DNA of 63,274 bases, filler included, from Octopus bimaculoides (GCF_001194135.2; 6 parts of 4 records of this genome joined end to end with filler, not necessarily neighbours in it), one strand, 5' to 3'. Shown: positions 39,531 through 50,910, numbered from the whole stretch's first letter. Translations and numbers: made by a program. The notes: generated by a model from the letters alone, not told the origin.

Positions 39531-40162
39531 GGTTCTATTTTAAAACGGGGGCGCCAGTATTTTCTTAACGAAACACTTTGAAACTTGGGACACTGGTAGA
39601 ATGTGTCATATAAAACATCTTTTACTCTTAGTCTTCTTAACAAAAAAAAGGAATTCGCAAGTTATTCCATGTTAAAGTTGTCGTATTTCTGTAATTTCAA
39701 CCAATCACTGACGTCTATTCAGCTGCATAGAGTTACTGCTCGGCGGTCATAAAAATGTTATTCCCTGTGACATATTTCATCCGGTTTAATCGTAATTTAT
39801 ACGCATATATTGTTTATATAATAAATTACGCTGTGCGTATCTATGTGTGTAACAATTTTAGAGTTCGGATTCTAGAGTTAGGGTTACGGTTACGGTTAAC
39901 AGTCTAGTTAGGGTTAGGGTTAGGGGATTAATACGATATACACCGTTACAGCGCTAACTGTTTTCAACTGAATAGACGTCAGTGATTAGTAGAAATTATC
40001 GAAATAAGACAATTTTTTACATGAAATAAATTTGAATACAAAAATTTTTTTCTGTTCTATAACACGAAATAGATAAGTATACTAAGTTTGAAAGTCTTTC
40101 GGTACCAAAAACACTACATAAAACATAAATGAAAACTGGCGTCCCTGTTTTAAAATAGATCC
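39531..40162. mobile_element. MITE with long TIRs and an 8-bp TSD (Merlin-like)
   Basis: GGTTCTATTTTAAAACGGGGGCGCCAGT / ACTGGCGTCCCTGTTTTAAAATAGATCC; exact TSD CGTTCATC at 39523-39530 and 40163-40170; internal inverted blocks and TTAGGG repeats. Confidence 0.85.
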
Positions 40163-40181
40163 CGTTCATCTAACTTACAGC

Positions 40182-40580
40182 TGTAGTGGCGCGAAATTAT
40201 AGCCGCCATTGAGGAAGTACTATTCTGCGCATGCGCAAGGGACTTCACTACCGGAAGCCCCTCGAGTGTACATGCGTAGTAAAACTAGTACTTAAAGGGT
40301 GGGTTTCACTTTCTTAGACAGTTGAGCGAAAGACCTACGTGACAACACCTCGCTCCTCAACGAAGAACTCTTCACCGTTATGATAGCTATTTGCTCCTCT
40401 GGCAGGCATCAAGGAAGCTCTTAATCTTCCAATACCAATTACAACTTAATCAGCGGCTGCTAAACTGAATGACAGGATTTATATAACCAAGCATCATCAA
40501 AAATAAAACTTATTTTTATTATGCTGTTGAAAGGTGATAGAGAGAGACTAATGTCTCTATTACAAATATCAACAATTACA
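40182..40580 (+). mobile_element. Solo LTR (399 bp, 4-bp TSD, Gypsy-like)
   Basis: TGTAGT...ATTACA termini, TSD CAGC at 40178-40181 and 40581-40584, AATAAA near 40502. Confidence 0.8.
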
Positions 40581-41049
40581 CAGCTATTGCCTCACAAATG
40601 CCCAAGAACTAGTTTTCATGGACGAGCATACGAAAACACAAGATGGACAAGACTTTATGCTGTACGAATCTGGGCCCGTTGAGAGACGAATTCTGATTTT
40701 TGGAACCCAGAAAAATCTGGATAATTTATGCCCCGCGTCGCACATGTCTCTTGATGGAACATTCAAGACAGCTCCTCAAATTTTTTTTTACAATTATACA
40801 CAATTCATACACTGCTGAAACATATCCCTTGCAAGATTACTTTGAGGATACACATGTAACAGTAAGTGTAATGACGTATGCTGGAGTCGGCGGGTAGCAA
40901 TTTGTAACGGGTGTTAATGTGTAAGATGAACGAAGAGAAATAATGGAAGTTGTAAACAAATATTTATGACTGTTACTTTGAATATAGCCAAACCACGACT
41001 GATTGGTAAAATATAACTCGTAAAACATCCGAAGTAAAGAGAGATATCG

Positions 41050-41830
41050 CAGGTTTTCCTTGTATAGTTTGTTGGGTTCTAAGAGATACTTTAGCCCATG
41101 CAGAGGTGGCAGTGGCTGGTTACAATGCGGATCGCTGTAGGTTTCTTTGATATGAGCGTCCAATTCTTCTTTCGTGCACGATAAAGGGCTACTCTTCGGT
41201 TCAGTGAACAGCTTCTTAGTAAACCCGTGCAGGCCCTTCAGAAACTGCCCCCCCCCCGCCCCGTGTCCTTTTACTTTCATCTTCTGTAGCACATTTCCAC
41301 CGCTTTCTTAGGCTGGTCTTTTCCTTCCTCAACTGTTTCATTTTAATCATCCCNNNNNNNNNNNNNNNNNNNNNNNNNNNNNNNNNNNNNNNNNNNNNNN
41401 NNNNNNNNNNNNNNNNNNNNNNNNNNNNNNNNNNNNNNNNNNNNNNNNNNNNNNNNNNNNNNNNNNNNNNNNNNNNNNNNNNNNNNNNNNNNNNNNNNNN
41501 NNNNNNNNNNNNNNNNNNNNNNNNNNNNNNNNNNNNNNNNNNNNNNNNNNNNTGACTTTCACAATTCCTCCACTGTCGTTTTATAAAGAGCTCGACATAC
41601 CTTGTTTTCAAACTCCTTATATTATCCTTTCTCATTAGCAGCAGGCAACAAAAACCCGCCGTTTCCTCCGAGTACTATCTGATGCACCAGTTTCACAACC
41701 TGCAGTTTCCTGCCGGGAAGACGTCTTTCCTGTAGCACTTATCGATCCACTGTGGTTTGGGTTCGTTTGCTGTACGAATAAATAACCGTACTTGTGTCCA
41801 AGTTCATTTCCGCGATAATTGGGTTTGATT
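41050..41830 (-). mobile_element. HERO-like (R2-group, RLE) non-LTR retroelement fragment
   Basis: LPAANEKG*YKEFE, MKQLRKEKTSLRKRWKCATEDE and FTKKLFTEPKSSPLSCTKEELDAHIKETYSD resemble, from recall, the HERO pre-RT region (LR.E...L.K.WR.A; F.K.LF...KSG.L....ELE.HL..TYSD). Confidence 0.65.
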
Positions 41831-43474
41831 AATTCTCGACTCCCCCCCCCCTCTCGGTCAGTCGTGGGGCTGTTATTCTCATTGGTATCTGTTACGGCAT
41901 ATTACAATGGCGAAGATCGTAAGTCCGCAGCTTCCGCTAGTCTTTCCTGGTGTCGATAATCTTTCCCATTGTCCGCTCGTCTTTCCGAGCAGTCCTCTTG
42001 CCTTTCCAAGATGCCTAACCCTCTTTCCGGTTGGTAAATCAAGTTGAGAGTGAATGGCCTTCATCAAATTTCAACACAATGGATAGTATTTGGTCCGAAG
42101 ACAACGCAAATATTTTTGTGTTATAACCCACTTTCAAGTACTAATGCTTATATGACTGTCCCTTCCTTAATCTCGGCCATCCTCTGTCCCTTTTTCTATT
42201 GAATGCCGCCCCTTTCTCTCTTCCTTCTTTTCCAAATCATTGTTTCTCTTTCCCTTCCCTCTTTATATCTCTTCCACTCACCTTATACTCATTCCCATTG
42301 CCTCTCTTCGCACCCCTTCCAATGCCTGTACCATTCGCTGAGTTTTGTTTTTTCTTTTTGCTTGGTTATAACCAGAAATGACTCTCACGAAAGTAGCATT
42401 TATTTTCTTGTGGTTGTTCAAATCTTCTCAATGGATCGATGGGTTGAGTGAGTAAATCTATCAACAACGAATCTGTTATGACAAATGGAAACACCTGTAT
42501 GTCAAATTTCCTGCAATAAGTGAAAATACGTAATGATCGGTGTTTATACCTTGTCTTGTTATTCATTCTGTGTAAAACCAGTAGAATTGAAAGATAGCCA
42601 TGGATTTACAATATAGAATGAAGATGAAGTATAAACTTAGACCTTGCTACAAGAATATGTGCAATTCTTTACTAATCTAAACAATATTGCTCACCTGATG
42701 TACCAACAGAGCTTATAAAGTATTTTATCTGGATTCATAATCCCTTACTAATCTATAGAAAAAAAGATGAACGTGTGTGCGCTCGCGCGCCTGTCCATCT
42801 GTTGAAAGAAAGGCTACAGCATCCATATAAAATCTAACAACTTTTTCTTCTTCAAAATTTTACGCCGAAGACAATGGAAGTGGTCCCCAGTCTATATGTG
42901 ACTTCCTAACTGAGCTACCCTCTATTTCCGAACACCTTGGACATAGCGCTGCTCCCATGTATATGACGTTTACTTAATTGTGCATCATATTTCTTTCATT
43001 GTTTTTTTCCGAAAGAAATGAAGAATCTAATGGATATAATTAATTGTGCATATATATAATATGAATAATGTATATATATAATATAAATGATACACACACA
43101 CACACACACACACAGATATATATATATATATATATATATATANNNNNNNNNNNNNNNNNNNNNNNNNNNNNNNNNNNNNNNNNNNNTTAATTAATTAANN
43201 NNNNNNNNNNNNNNNNNNNNNNNNNNNNNNNNNNNNNNNNNNAAAGAGTTATAAACAAAATTCCCCCCAAAACACCTGTTTTATATAAATAAGCAAGATA
43301 CCTGTATAATCACGGAATTGTATTTGACAAGTTCGAAAGCCGAACGAAAGGGCTAATATATGAAAATGAAGATATAAAAATAAAAAACGTTTTTTCCAAA
43401 ATTCTGACGACTTTTTTTCAATTTGGCAGCATACGATACAACTTTATATGTGTGTTTGTTGTTTGTGTCTGTAT

Positions 43475-43615
43475 TAGTCTCCCCACCAGCATTGCTTGAC
43501 AACCGATGCTGGTGTGTTTACGTCCCCGTAACTTGGCGGTTCGGCAAAAGAGACCGATAGAATAAGTACTGGGCTTGCAGGGAATAAGTCCTGGGGTCGA
43601 TTTGCTCGACTAAAG
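43475..43615 (+). mobile_element. SINE family A, 3' block
   Basis: ttgcttgacaaccgatgctggtgtgtttacgtccccgtaacttggcggttcggcaaaagagaccgatagaataagtac. Confidence 0.75.
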
Positions 43616-43619
43616 ATAC

Positions 43620-44065
43620 GAATACTTGTGCATCTATGTATGTACATAGTATATACGAGTGTGTATGTATGTATACATACATATACACGTATATGTACGT
43701 AATATATACGAGTGTGTATGTATACGTACATATACGCGTGTGTGTGTATGTATATACGCGTGTGTATGTATGTATACATATATATACGCGTATATGTACG
43801 TAATATATACGCGTGTGTATGTATGTATATACGCGTGTGTATGTATGTATACATACATAAACGCGTGTGTATGTATGTATATACGAGTGTGTATGTATGT
43901 ATACATACATATACGCGTATATGTACGAAATATATACGAGTGTGTATGTATGTATACATACATATACGCGTATATGTACGTAATATATACGAGTGTGTAT
44001 GTATGTATACATACATATACGCGTGTGTATGTATGTATATACGCGTGTGTATGTATGTATACGTG
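43620..44065. repeat. Higher-order AT-rich minisatellite (ATACGCGTGTGTATGTATGT-type modules)
   Basis: Recurring modules tatacgcgtatatgtacgtaatatatacgagtgtgtatgtatg. Confidence 0.9.
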
Positions 44066-44439
44066 TTAAANNNNNNNNNNNNNNNNNNNNNNNNNNNNNN
44101 NNNNNNNNNNNNNNNNNNNNNNNNNNNNNNNNNNNNNNNNNNNNNNNNNNNNNNNNNNNNNNNNNNNNNNNNNNNNNNNNNNNNNNNNNNNNNNNNNNNN
44201 NNNNNNNNNNNNNNNNNNNNNNNNNNNNNNNNNNNNNNNNNNNNNNNNNNNNNNNNNCACACTACAACTTTTTCTTTATTTCCTATTAAATAGCATACAC
44301 AGAGGGGACGGAGAAGGACAGACAAAAAACGTAGGTCGTTCGATTTTTTTCAGATGATTTCACGGATGAGTTTTACATGAAGATAATATAATATATGATA
44401 ATGCCATCGTTAAAAATTAAATACTTTTTGGTTGGGGAT

Positions 44440-44760
44440 GTCCCCCTAACCCGCCGGTTGATTTTTTTTTTTCTTTTTCTTTTCCTTCTATGCCCGGTCC
44501 GACCGCGTTGCCATGGCCCCCTTGCATACACAACTTTCTTACGACATCCTTCCATCTTTTTGCAAATACTCTTTGCGACAGGATCCTCCTCTTCAGACGG
44601 ATCTTGGAAACAAGATGGGCGGTGAAGTAGTTCACCAGCCCTGGTCTGGAGATGAACTGTCCTGTCCGCAATTCCTTCCGAACGCGTCCTCCATACCGTT
44701 TCTTTCAATATTCGGCAATCATTCGGTGCTAGTACGCTGAATGTCATCAATTCGGCATTT
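44440..44760 (-). mobile_element. Tx1/L1-type LINE 3' end remnant
   Basis: ILKETVWRTRSEG, then after a frameshift RPGLVNYFTAHLVSKIRLKRRILSQRVFAKRW; resembles Tx1 C-termini (VW..R...L..FF..HL..K.R.ER...F..RW). Confidence 0.55.
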
Positions 44761-44849
44761 TCCGTAAGGAAAGAGGGAAAGGACGACGTTATCTGTTATC
44801 TGTTAGGTAGCAGACAGCAGGCAGGAGGGAAAAAGAAGAAAAGCAACTC

Positions 44850-45111
44850 TCTATCTATCTATCTCTCTTTTCCCCTCCCTTAAAAACACGTCACTTATCT
44901 CTCTATCTATTCCCCCTCCCTTAAAAACACGTCACTTATCTCTCGCTTTCTCTCTATCTATTTCTCCCTCCCTTAAAAATACGTCACTTATCTCTCGCTT
45001 TCTCTCTCTCTATCTATCTATTCCCCCTCCCTTAAAAACACATGTCACTTATCTCTCGCTTTCTCAACAGATAACAGATCAGAGAGAGAGAGAAAGCGAG
45101 AGATAAGTGAC
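44850..45111. repeat. Four 40-55 bp tandem units followed by an inverted copy (22-bp perfect stem)
   Basis: Unit core ccctcccttaaaaacacgtcacttatctctc; GTCACTTATCTCTCGCTTTCTC 45044-45065 is the exact reverse complement of 45090-45111. Confidence 0.85.
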
Positions 45112-45900
45112 CACTCAGCTCCCCCAGTGTACGATGGCGTGCGTCACCGTTTCACAGCCCCGCCCGCACCTCCACAATCTATACACCACACTACAACATA
45201 CACGTCAGCATTACTCATGCGCATACATACACAGTACAACATGTACTTAAACAAAAAACCAAGCAAAGTAACGCCCACATGTCCAGAAACTTCGTTCTGA
45301 TGTTTTATGAAGAATTACATGAGGAGTTGCCACAGTAACAGTTTCGCCCGTTTCAACGATCTAAGCTTGCACGATATTGTGAAGGTAGAAACATTTGAGG
45401 CTGAAATTGAAATCCTGTCACCGGCTTTGGTAATTATTACTATGAAAATTATCTTAACACACATCGACATACATCATCAAGCATTTTCCAGTTTTACTTC
45501 AAACATGAATAAGCCATTTAAAAAACACACAAAAGCCATTAGATTCATTCACTTCAACTTTAAATTTAATTTGCCAAAATATTTTCGTCGCTTTGAGACA
45601 AAATTCCGGCAAGACTTCCTTTATACCCCGCCCCCAAACCCCCTTTATAAATATATATATATATATAACTTTTATAAGTAATATTCTAAGAATATATTAC
45701 TGAACTTATATTGAGTTCAAATAGACGAAAAATTCATACATATAAAAAAACCTGCCATAATAACAATAATGAATTTGAGATTTTTGAAAATTTTTTTTCA
45801 GAATTGGAATCTCCATAGCCTAAAACGTGAGATTCTGTAAAAAAAAAAAATAAATAAGGGGGGGAAGGTTCAGATTACATATAGTCCGTCTCCGCCAAGT

Positions 45901-46037
45901 TTTATACTATTACGTCACATTTTCTAAATGTGTGTGTAGCTTCACTCACTCACTCTATCTCTGTCACATACACACACGTCCGTTTCATATAGACGTACAT
46001 ACTTCTTTCATTCATTCATTCACTCTCTTTTTTACTT

Positions 46038-46090
<53 letters not shown>

Positions 46091-46644
46091 TACAATCGCA
46101 CGCGCACGTGTGCGGTTCTAAATGTAATTTGCTCATTCACAATTACGTTTATGTTGGTGATGACAATATCGTGCCAAGAATTCTTTTTAAACGTTCTGGC
46201 GTTTTGTTTTTAAAAAATTTTTTTTTAATTTTGAAATTCAAAAAAACCTAATAAAATTAAATAAAAACATTACCTCAATGGTTTTTATTTAATTTTATTA
46301 GGTTTTATTGAATTTCAAAATGTCTTGATGGGATGCCTCGAAGAAGGAAGAGTAACCTTGGCAAAACAAGAAATGCTTTTGCTATGCGTTCACTGCGTGC
46401 AAGCGAGACAGCTGGACACTGGCATGCACGCGCTGCTGCCTCTACGTCGATTGCGAGGGCTTCGGAAACACCGCGATGCTGCTTCCAAATCAAATAGCCG
46501 TGCTGTAGAAACAGTCAACAGTTTTAATGTCTCAGGAATCTTTTAATGCCTTAACCAAAAGTAACAACCCCATACACTCACCAAACATCTCCACAACTTA
46601 ACACCTATACAAACCGTCCAATGGACGGGGGGGTTGTTTGCTAG
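45901..46644 (+). mobile_element. Non-autonomous Helitron
   Basis: 3' hairpin CCGTCC-AAT-GGACGG (46614-46628), then CTAG|T at 46641-46645; internal MPRRRKSNLGKTRNA...RASET (from about 46331) resembles the RepHel N-terminus; 5' boundary approximate. Confidence 0.75.
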
Positions 46645-47044
46645 TAGTGGCATAACTACAGGGTTTTACCTATGCCCTACTATTATCATATATATCCGTG
46701 TTATATTCCAACAATATAAAGTATAGTTATAACTATTTATATATAAGGGCATAACTATACAAAGCCAAATTTTGTCCCATTTCCAAGAGAAGTTGTCATG
46801 GTTACATCTGAAGTGTTCTTTAAGCAGTCAGATGTCAGTTTACTTGGAAACAAATAAAAACGCTTCTAAATAAGAAAATGTTGAAATTAATGCATGCAAG
46901 GTTTCACAGCCCTCGCATCACTCCTTCATAGTCAGCTGAACAACTATCCAACTCACCCACATAACCCATGTATATCAATTAGTTGACTTACTCTACAACT
47001 TAGTGTCTCGTTGAGTACTTCCAAGGGTAGGAGAATCACTTGGA

Positions 47045-47240
47045 CTACCATCATCATCATCATCGTTTAACGTCCGCTTTCCATGCTGGCATGGGTTGGA
47101 TGGTTTGACTGAGGACTGGCAAGCCAGAAGGCTGCACCAGTCCCCAATCTGATCTGGCAAGGTTTCTACAGCCGGATGCCCTTCCTTACGCCAACCACTC
47201 CAACAGTGTAGTGGGTGCCATTTATGTGCCACCAGCACTC
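47045..47240 (-). mobile_element. RTE 3' tail copy
   Basis: catcatcatcgtttaacgtccgctttccatgctggcatgggttgga. Confidence 0.8.
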
Positions 47241-47547
47241 TCAACCAGATATAACTATTATTTTGTGATGTTGAAAACAAATATCAATTCCAGTGAATAT
47301 AATTATTGTTAATATTTAGACTCCATGTAATTAATGAAACTTATTATCACATCTTACAATAAATTATAATGAGCTCTTCTAATCATTATTATTCCACCAC
47401 AACGTTGCTTAAATATTAATTAGACATCCTAATGAACTGACAGAAATACCTAAAAGTTTTGTTTGTGTGAAGTAAACATCATCTCCCTGAAACTTGAATA
47501 TTTTCACAAAGCTAAAAGTTTTCCTTATATTTCACTACAGATTCACT

Positions 47548-48096
47548 ATGGAAGACCAGAAGGGAAATACTTCAACAACTCTCATATCTCAGAAAACAGC
47601 TTTCTGTAAATCAGCAACAAAAAGTAATGAAAAAGGAATCAACAGCAAAAGATGTAAATATGGGAGACAGAATGATCCAAGGAGAGAAATGAGAGGGAAA
47701 CGAGCTCCATCTCAATCAACAACAAGACAGAAAAGGCATAAAGGAGACCAGAAAAACTGGGAAATAATTGGAAGACGAGATGTTTTTGACAAACACATAT
47801 ATTATACAAGGTTCAATGCATATGAAGACAAAATGAATTCATTGATAAATTTTCGGGAAAAAATACGTACTTTTTTAAAAAATATAGGAATGGATGAAAG
47901 TATTTTCAAGGAAGATTTCACAAAAAGAATAAAAATTTTTCAGAGTGGCATTAAGGAATATGATTACAGCCAAGACTTTACTGTGTTTGGAAAACTGGAA
48001 TTGTTTTTGGAAAACTATTTAAAGACAAATGTTTTACAAGACAAACACAAAACAATTGAGGCACCAAAAATAATCAACAAATTCCGGCCTCTTTCT
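47548..48096 (+). CDS. Uncharacterised ORF of at least 183 codons, running into a gap
   Basis: Acceptor-like tttcactacag at 47540, ATG at 47548, stop-free MEDQKGNTSTT...KIINKFRPLS with non-repetitive composition; host exon or retroelement ORF1. Confidence 0.5.
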
Positions 48097-48196
48097 NNNN
48101 NNNNNNNNNNNNNNNNNNNNNNNNNNNNNNNNNNNNNNNNTTAATTAATTAANNNNNNNNNNNNNNNNNNNNNNNNNNNNNNNNNNNNNNNNNNNN

Positions 48197-48242
<46 letters not shown>

Positions 48243-48329
48243 CACACACACTTATACATACATACATACATACATAAGAATGCGCACATGCGTTTACAGT
48301 ACATACATACATAATACACACATACACAC

Positions 48330-48602
48330 ATTTGAACTCAGAACACAAAGACAGAAGAAATGCCGCTAAGCATTTCGTCTGGCGTGCTAACGATTCTTTT
48401 CTACTCTAGGCACAAGGGCTGAAATTTTGGAGGAGGGTGGGGGCAGTCGATTAGATCGACTCCAGTACGCAACTGGTACTTAATTTATCAACCCTGAAAG
48501 GCTGAAAGGCATAGTCGGCAGAATTTGAACTCATAACATAAAGACAGACGAAATACCGCTAAGCATTTCACCCGGCGTGCTAACGATTCTGCCAGCTCGC
48601 CG
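48330..48602 (-). mobile_element. SINE family B with a partly duplicated head
   Basis: gaactcagaac..gaaatgccgctaagcatttcgtctggcgtgctaacgattct appears twice (near 48335 and 48525); CpGs intact. Confidence 0.8.
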
Positions 48603-49407
48603 TAAAGTTACATATATATCATACAAATTATACGTATTCGCATATAGACATACAAATATATTGAAACCACGATCATGGTGTTAAGGTCGTCAGAATGTAC
48701 TATCTGAAAAATATACATACACACACCTTGAGAACCGAATCTATATGTATTTCATATTTTAAAGAGGAATTTATATCTATAGATATTACATATGATATAC
48801 ATATTTTATGAAAATAATCTAAAGGTTCACAGAAAGCTATCATAATTATTTTGTCTGCATGTAAGTCAATTAGATAATCTTGGCTATTGGGGTTTTTATA
48901 GATTTATGGTGAATAGTTTAATTAAGCTATTAATATATAGTGTGGTAATGGTTATATCTTTAAAAATAGATTTGAAGATTTTAGGGTGATATTAAATAAT
49001 ATCAATAAATCACTTTAGCTTAATAAAGAGGCACCTTGCCATGTATCTACACGAAAAAACTTTTTCATCCCTCGTATTAACTAGGTTCCCTTTTCTTATA
49101 TNNNNNNNNNNNNNNNNNNNNNNNNNNNNNNNNNNNNNNNNNNNNNNNNNNNNNNNNNNNNNNNNNNNNNNNNNNNNNNNNNNNNNNNNNNNNNNNNNNN
49201 NNNNNNNNNNNNNNNNNNNNNNNNNNNNNNNNNNNNNNNNNNNNNNNNNNNNNNNNNNNNNNNNNNNNNNNNNNNNNNNNNNNNNNNNNNNNNNNNNNNN
49301 NNNNNNNNNNNNNNNNNNNNNNNNNNNNNNNNNNNNNNNNNNNCATATATATATATATATGTATGTATGTATATACATATACACACACACACATACATAG
49401 ATAGATT

Positions 49408-49477
<70 letters not shown>

Positions 49478-50253
49478 TTTATCAACATAGATTCGTCAAT
49501 GGTTGGCTGGCAAAACTTCGAACTCCTTATCGATATAATTACTTAAAATATCTAACTACACTTTTACTGTGTGTTATTCTCAGTGAAATATTTATAGTTC
49601 TATGTTGATAAAAACATCCTTTATCATATGTGTGTGTATTTGTGTGATGTGTAATGTGAGGCGTGTGTGCGCGCGCGTACGCACATGCTCTTCACCTATA
49701 AGCTATAAATATAATGACATAAATACATCCTGCATTATTAGCTTAAATATCAATAGATCAAACTAATTGCGGAAGTTTGTATAATGAAAAGTAAGTCTGA
49801 TCCCTTGTTTTCATTGCATTCTACGTGTAAACATATCAACCGTAGTTATCTTAGTCTTTATTATTGTTCTATCAATCCCGATGAGCCCCTATTTCCTTTA
49901 TATGGAGCTTTCATTAAGTAGCATTGTATCTGTCTCGTGTGTGCCTGTTCTTGTTTTTCTTTTCTTTTGCACCATCGTTTCTTTTTTCATCATCGGTGCC
50001 GCTTTCTATTTACCTCTTCTTCTATCTATCTATCTCTCTCCTCAATATTTTTCAAGAACAAAGAAACAACACTTACACACACATGTATGCATATACATCC
50101 ATCTGTCACTATCTATATACCTAGCCATCTCTCAGTCTATGTATATGCCTATCTGCTTATTGATATGTATGTGTATGTAAGCGCCTCAGAGATCGATCAC
50201 AAGAAAAATAGACACGACAGGTCTTGATTATGGGGATCGTCTCGAGAAAATAC

Positions 50254-50384
50254 TTTCCCTTCAACGCCGCAGCGAGAACTATATCATTTGTGTGATGTGA
50301 AAAATATTCTAATAACATTGCCCAAACGATGTTGGCATCAACGTTAATATTCATCCAAGTTTTGGTGTCTGTACTATCCGTCCT
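50254..50384 (-). CDS. Isolated exon-like segment (RTDSTDTKTWMNINVDANIVWAMLLEYFSHHTNDIVLAAALKG)
   Basis: Acceptor gatttttctag|AGG, donor GAAA|GTATTT, open frame; no partner exons identified. Confidence 0.25.
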
Positions 50385-50729
50385 CTAGAAAAATCATGAT
50401 CGCGTCACATTACAACACTGAGACAATTATTTTCACCTTAACTGGCCCTGCTCACGTTAACAAGACAAGACACATAAGAAAAAGATTCCCTAATATTTAG
50501 ACGGTTCCTGGACGAATAGGTCCATCAAAATCCGGACAAACCACCTGCACTCGGTTATATCTCTGCTAACAATAACTCTTTAGTCGAATGAGCCATGGTA
50601 CCCAAAGAACGACTGTAATATGAAACATCGTTAAATGTCTTTTTTTGATGTTGCTTTAAGTTAACCATAGCCTGAACCAATTCTGGCCGAAACTTTTCTA
50701 AGTACTCTAAGTGTGCATATATATATACA

Positions 50730-50910
50730 TACTCGTCAAGCGGTATTGGTGTGGTTACGTCCCCCACCCCTAGTAACTTAGTGGTTCGGCAAAAGAAACT
50801 GATAGAATAAGTACCAGGCTTTAAAATGTCCTGGGGTCGATTTATTCGACTAAAACCCTTCATCGCAGTGCCCCAGTATGGCTGCAGTCAACTGACTAAA
50901 ACATGTAAAA
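50730..50910 (+). mobile_element. SINE family A, 3' block
   Basis: ggttcggcaaaagaaactgatagaataagtaccaggc...ggggtcgatttattcgactaaa. Confidence 0.75.

Larger units (their letters stand above)
39310..40820 (+). mobile_element. MULE (Mutator) transposase remnant split by two insertions
   Basis: HDHTHAPNKTKIQAV..QIISESCARIDEETGANLPPIHHLKRNI before the insertions; NAQELVFMDEHTKTQDGQDFMLYESG..RILIFGTQKNLDNL..SLDGTFKTAPQIF after them (MULE DGTF motif). Confidence 0.85.

Noticed and set aside
44850-45065. CRISPR-like repeat-spacer appearance
   Set aside because: Eukaryotic context; the inter-repeat segments are microsatellite variants, not unique spacers; no cas genes.
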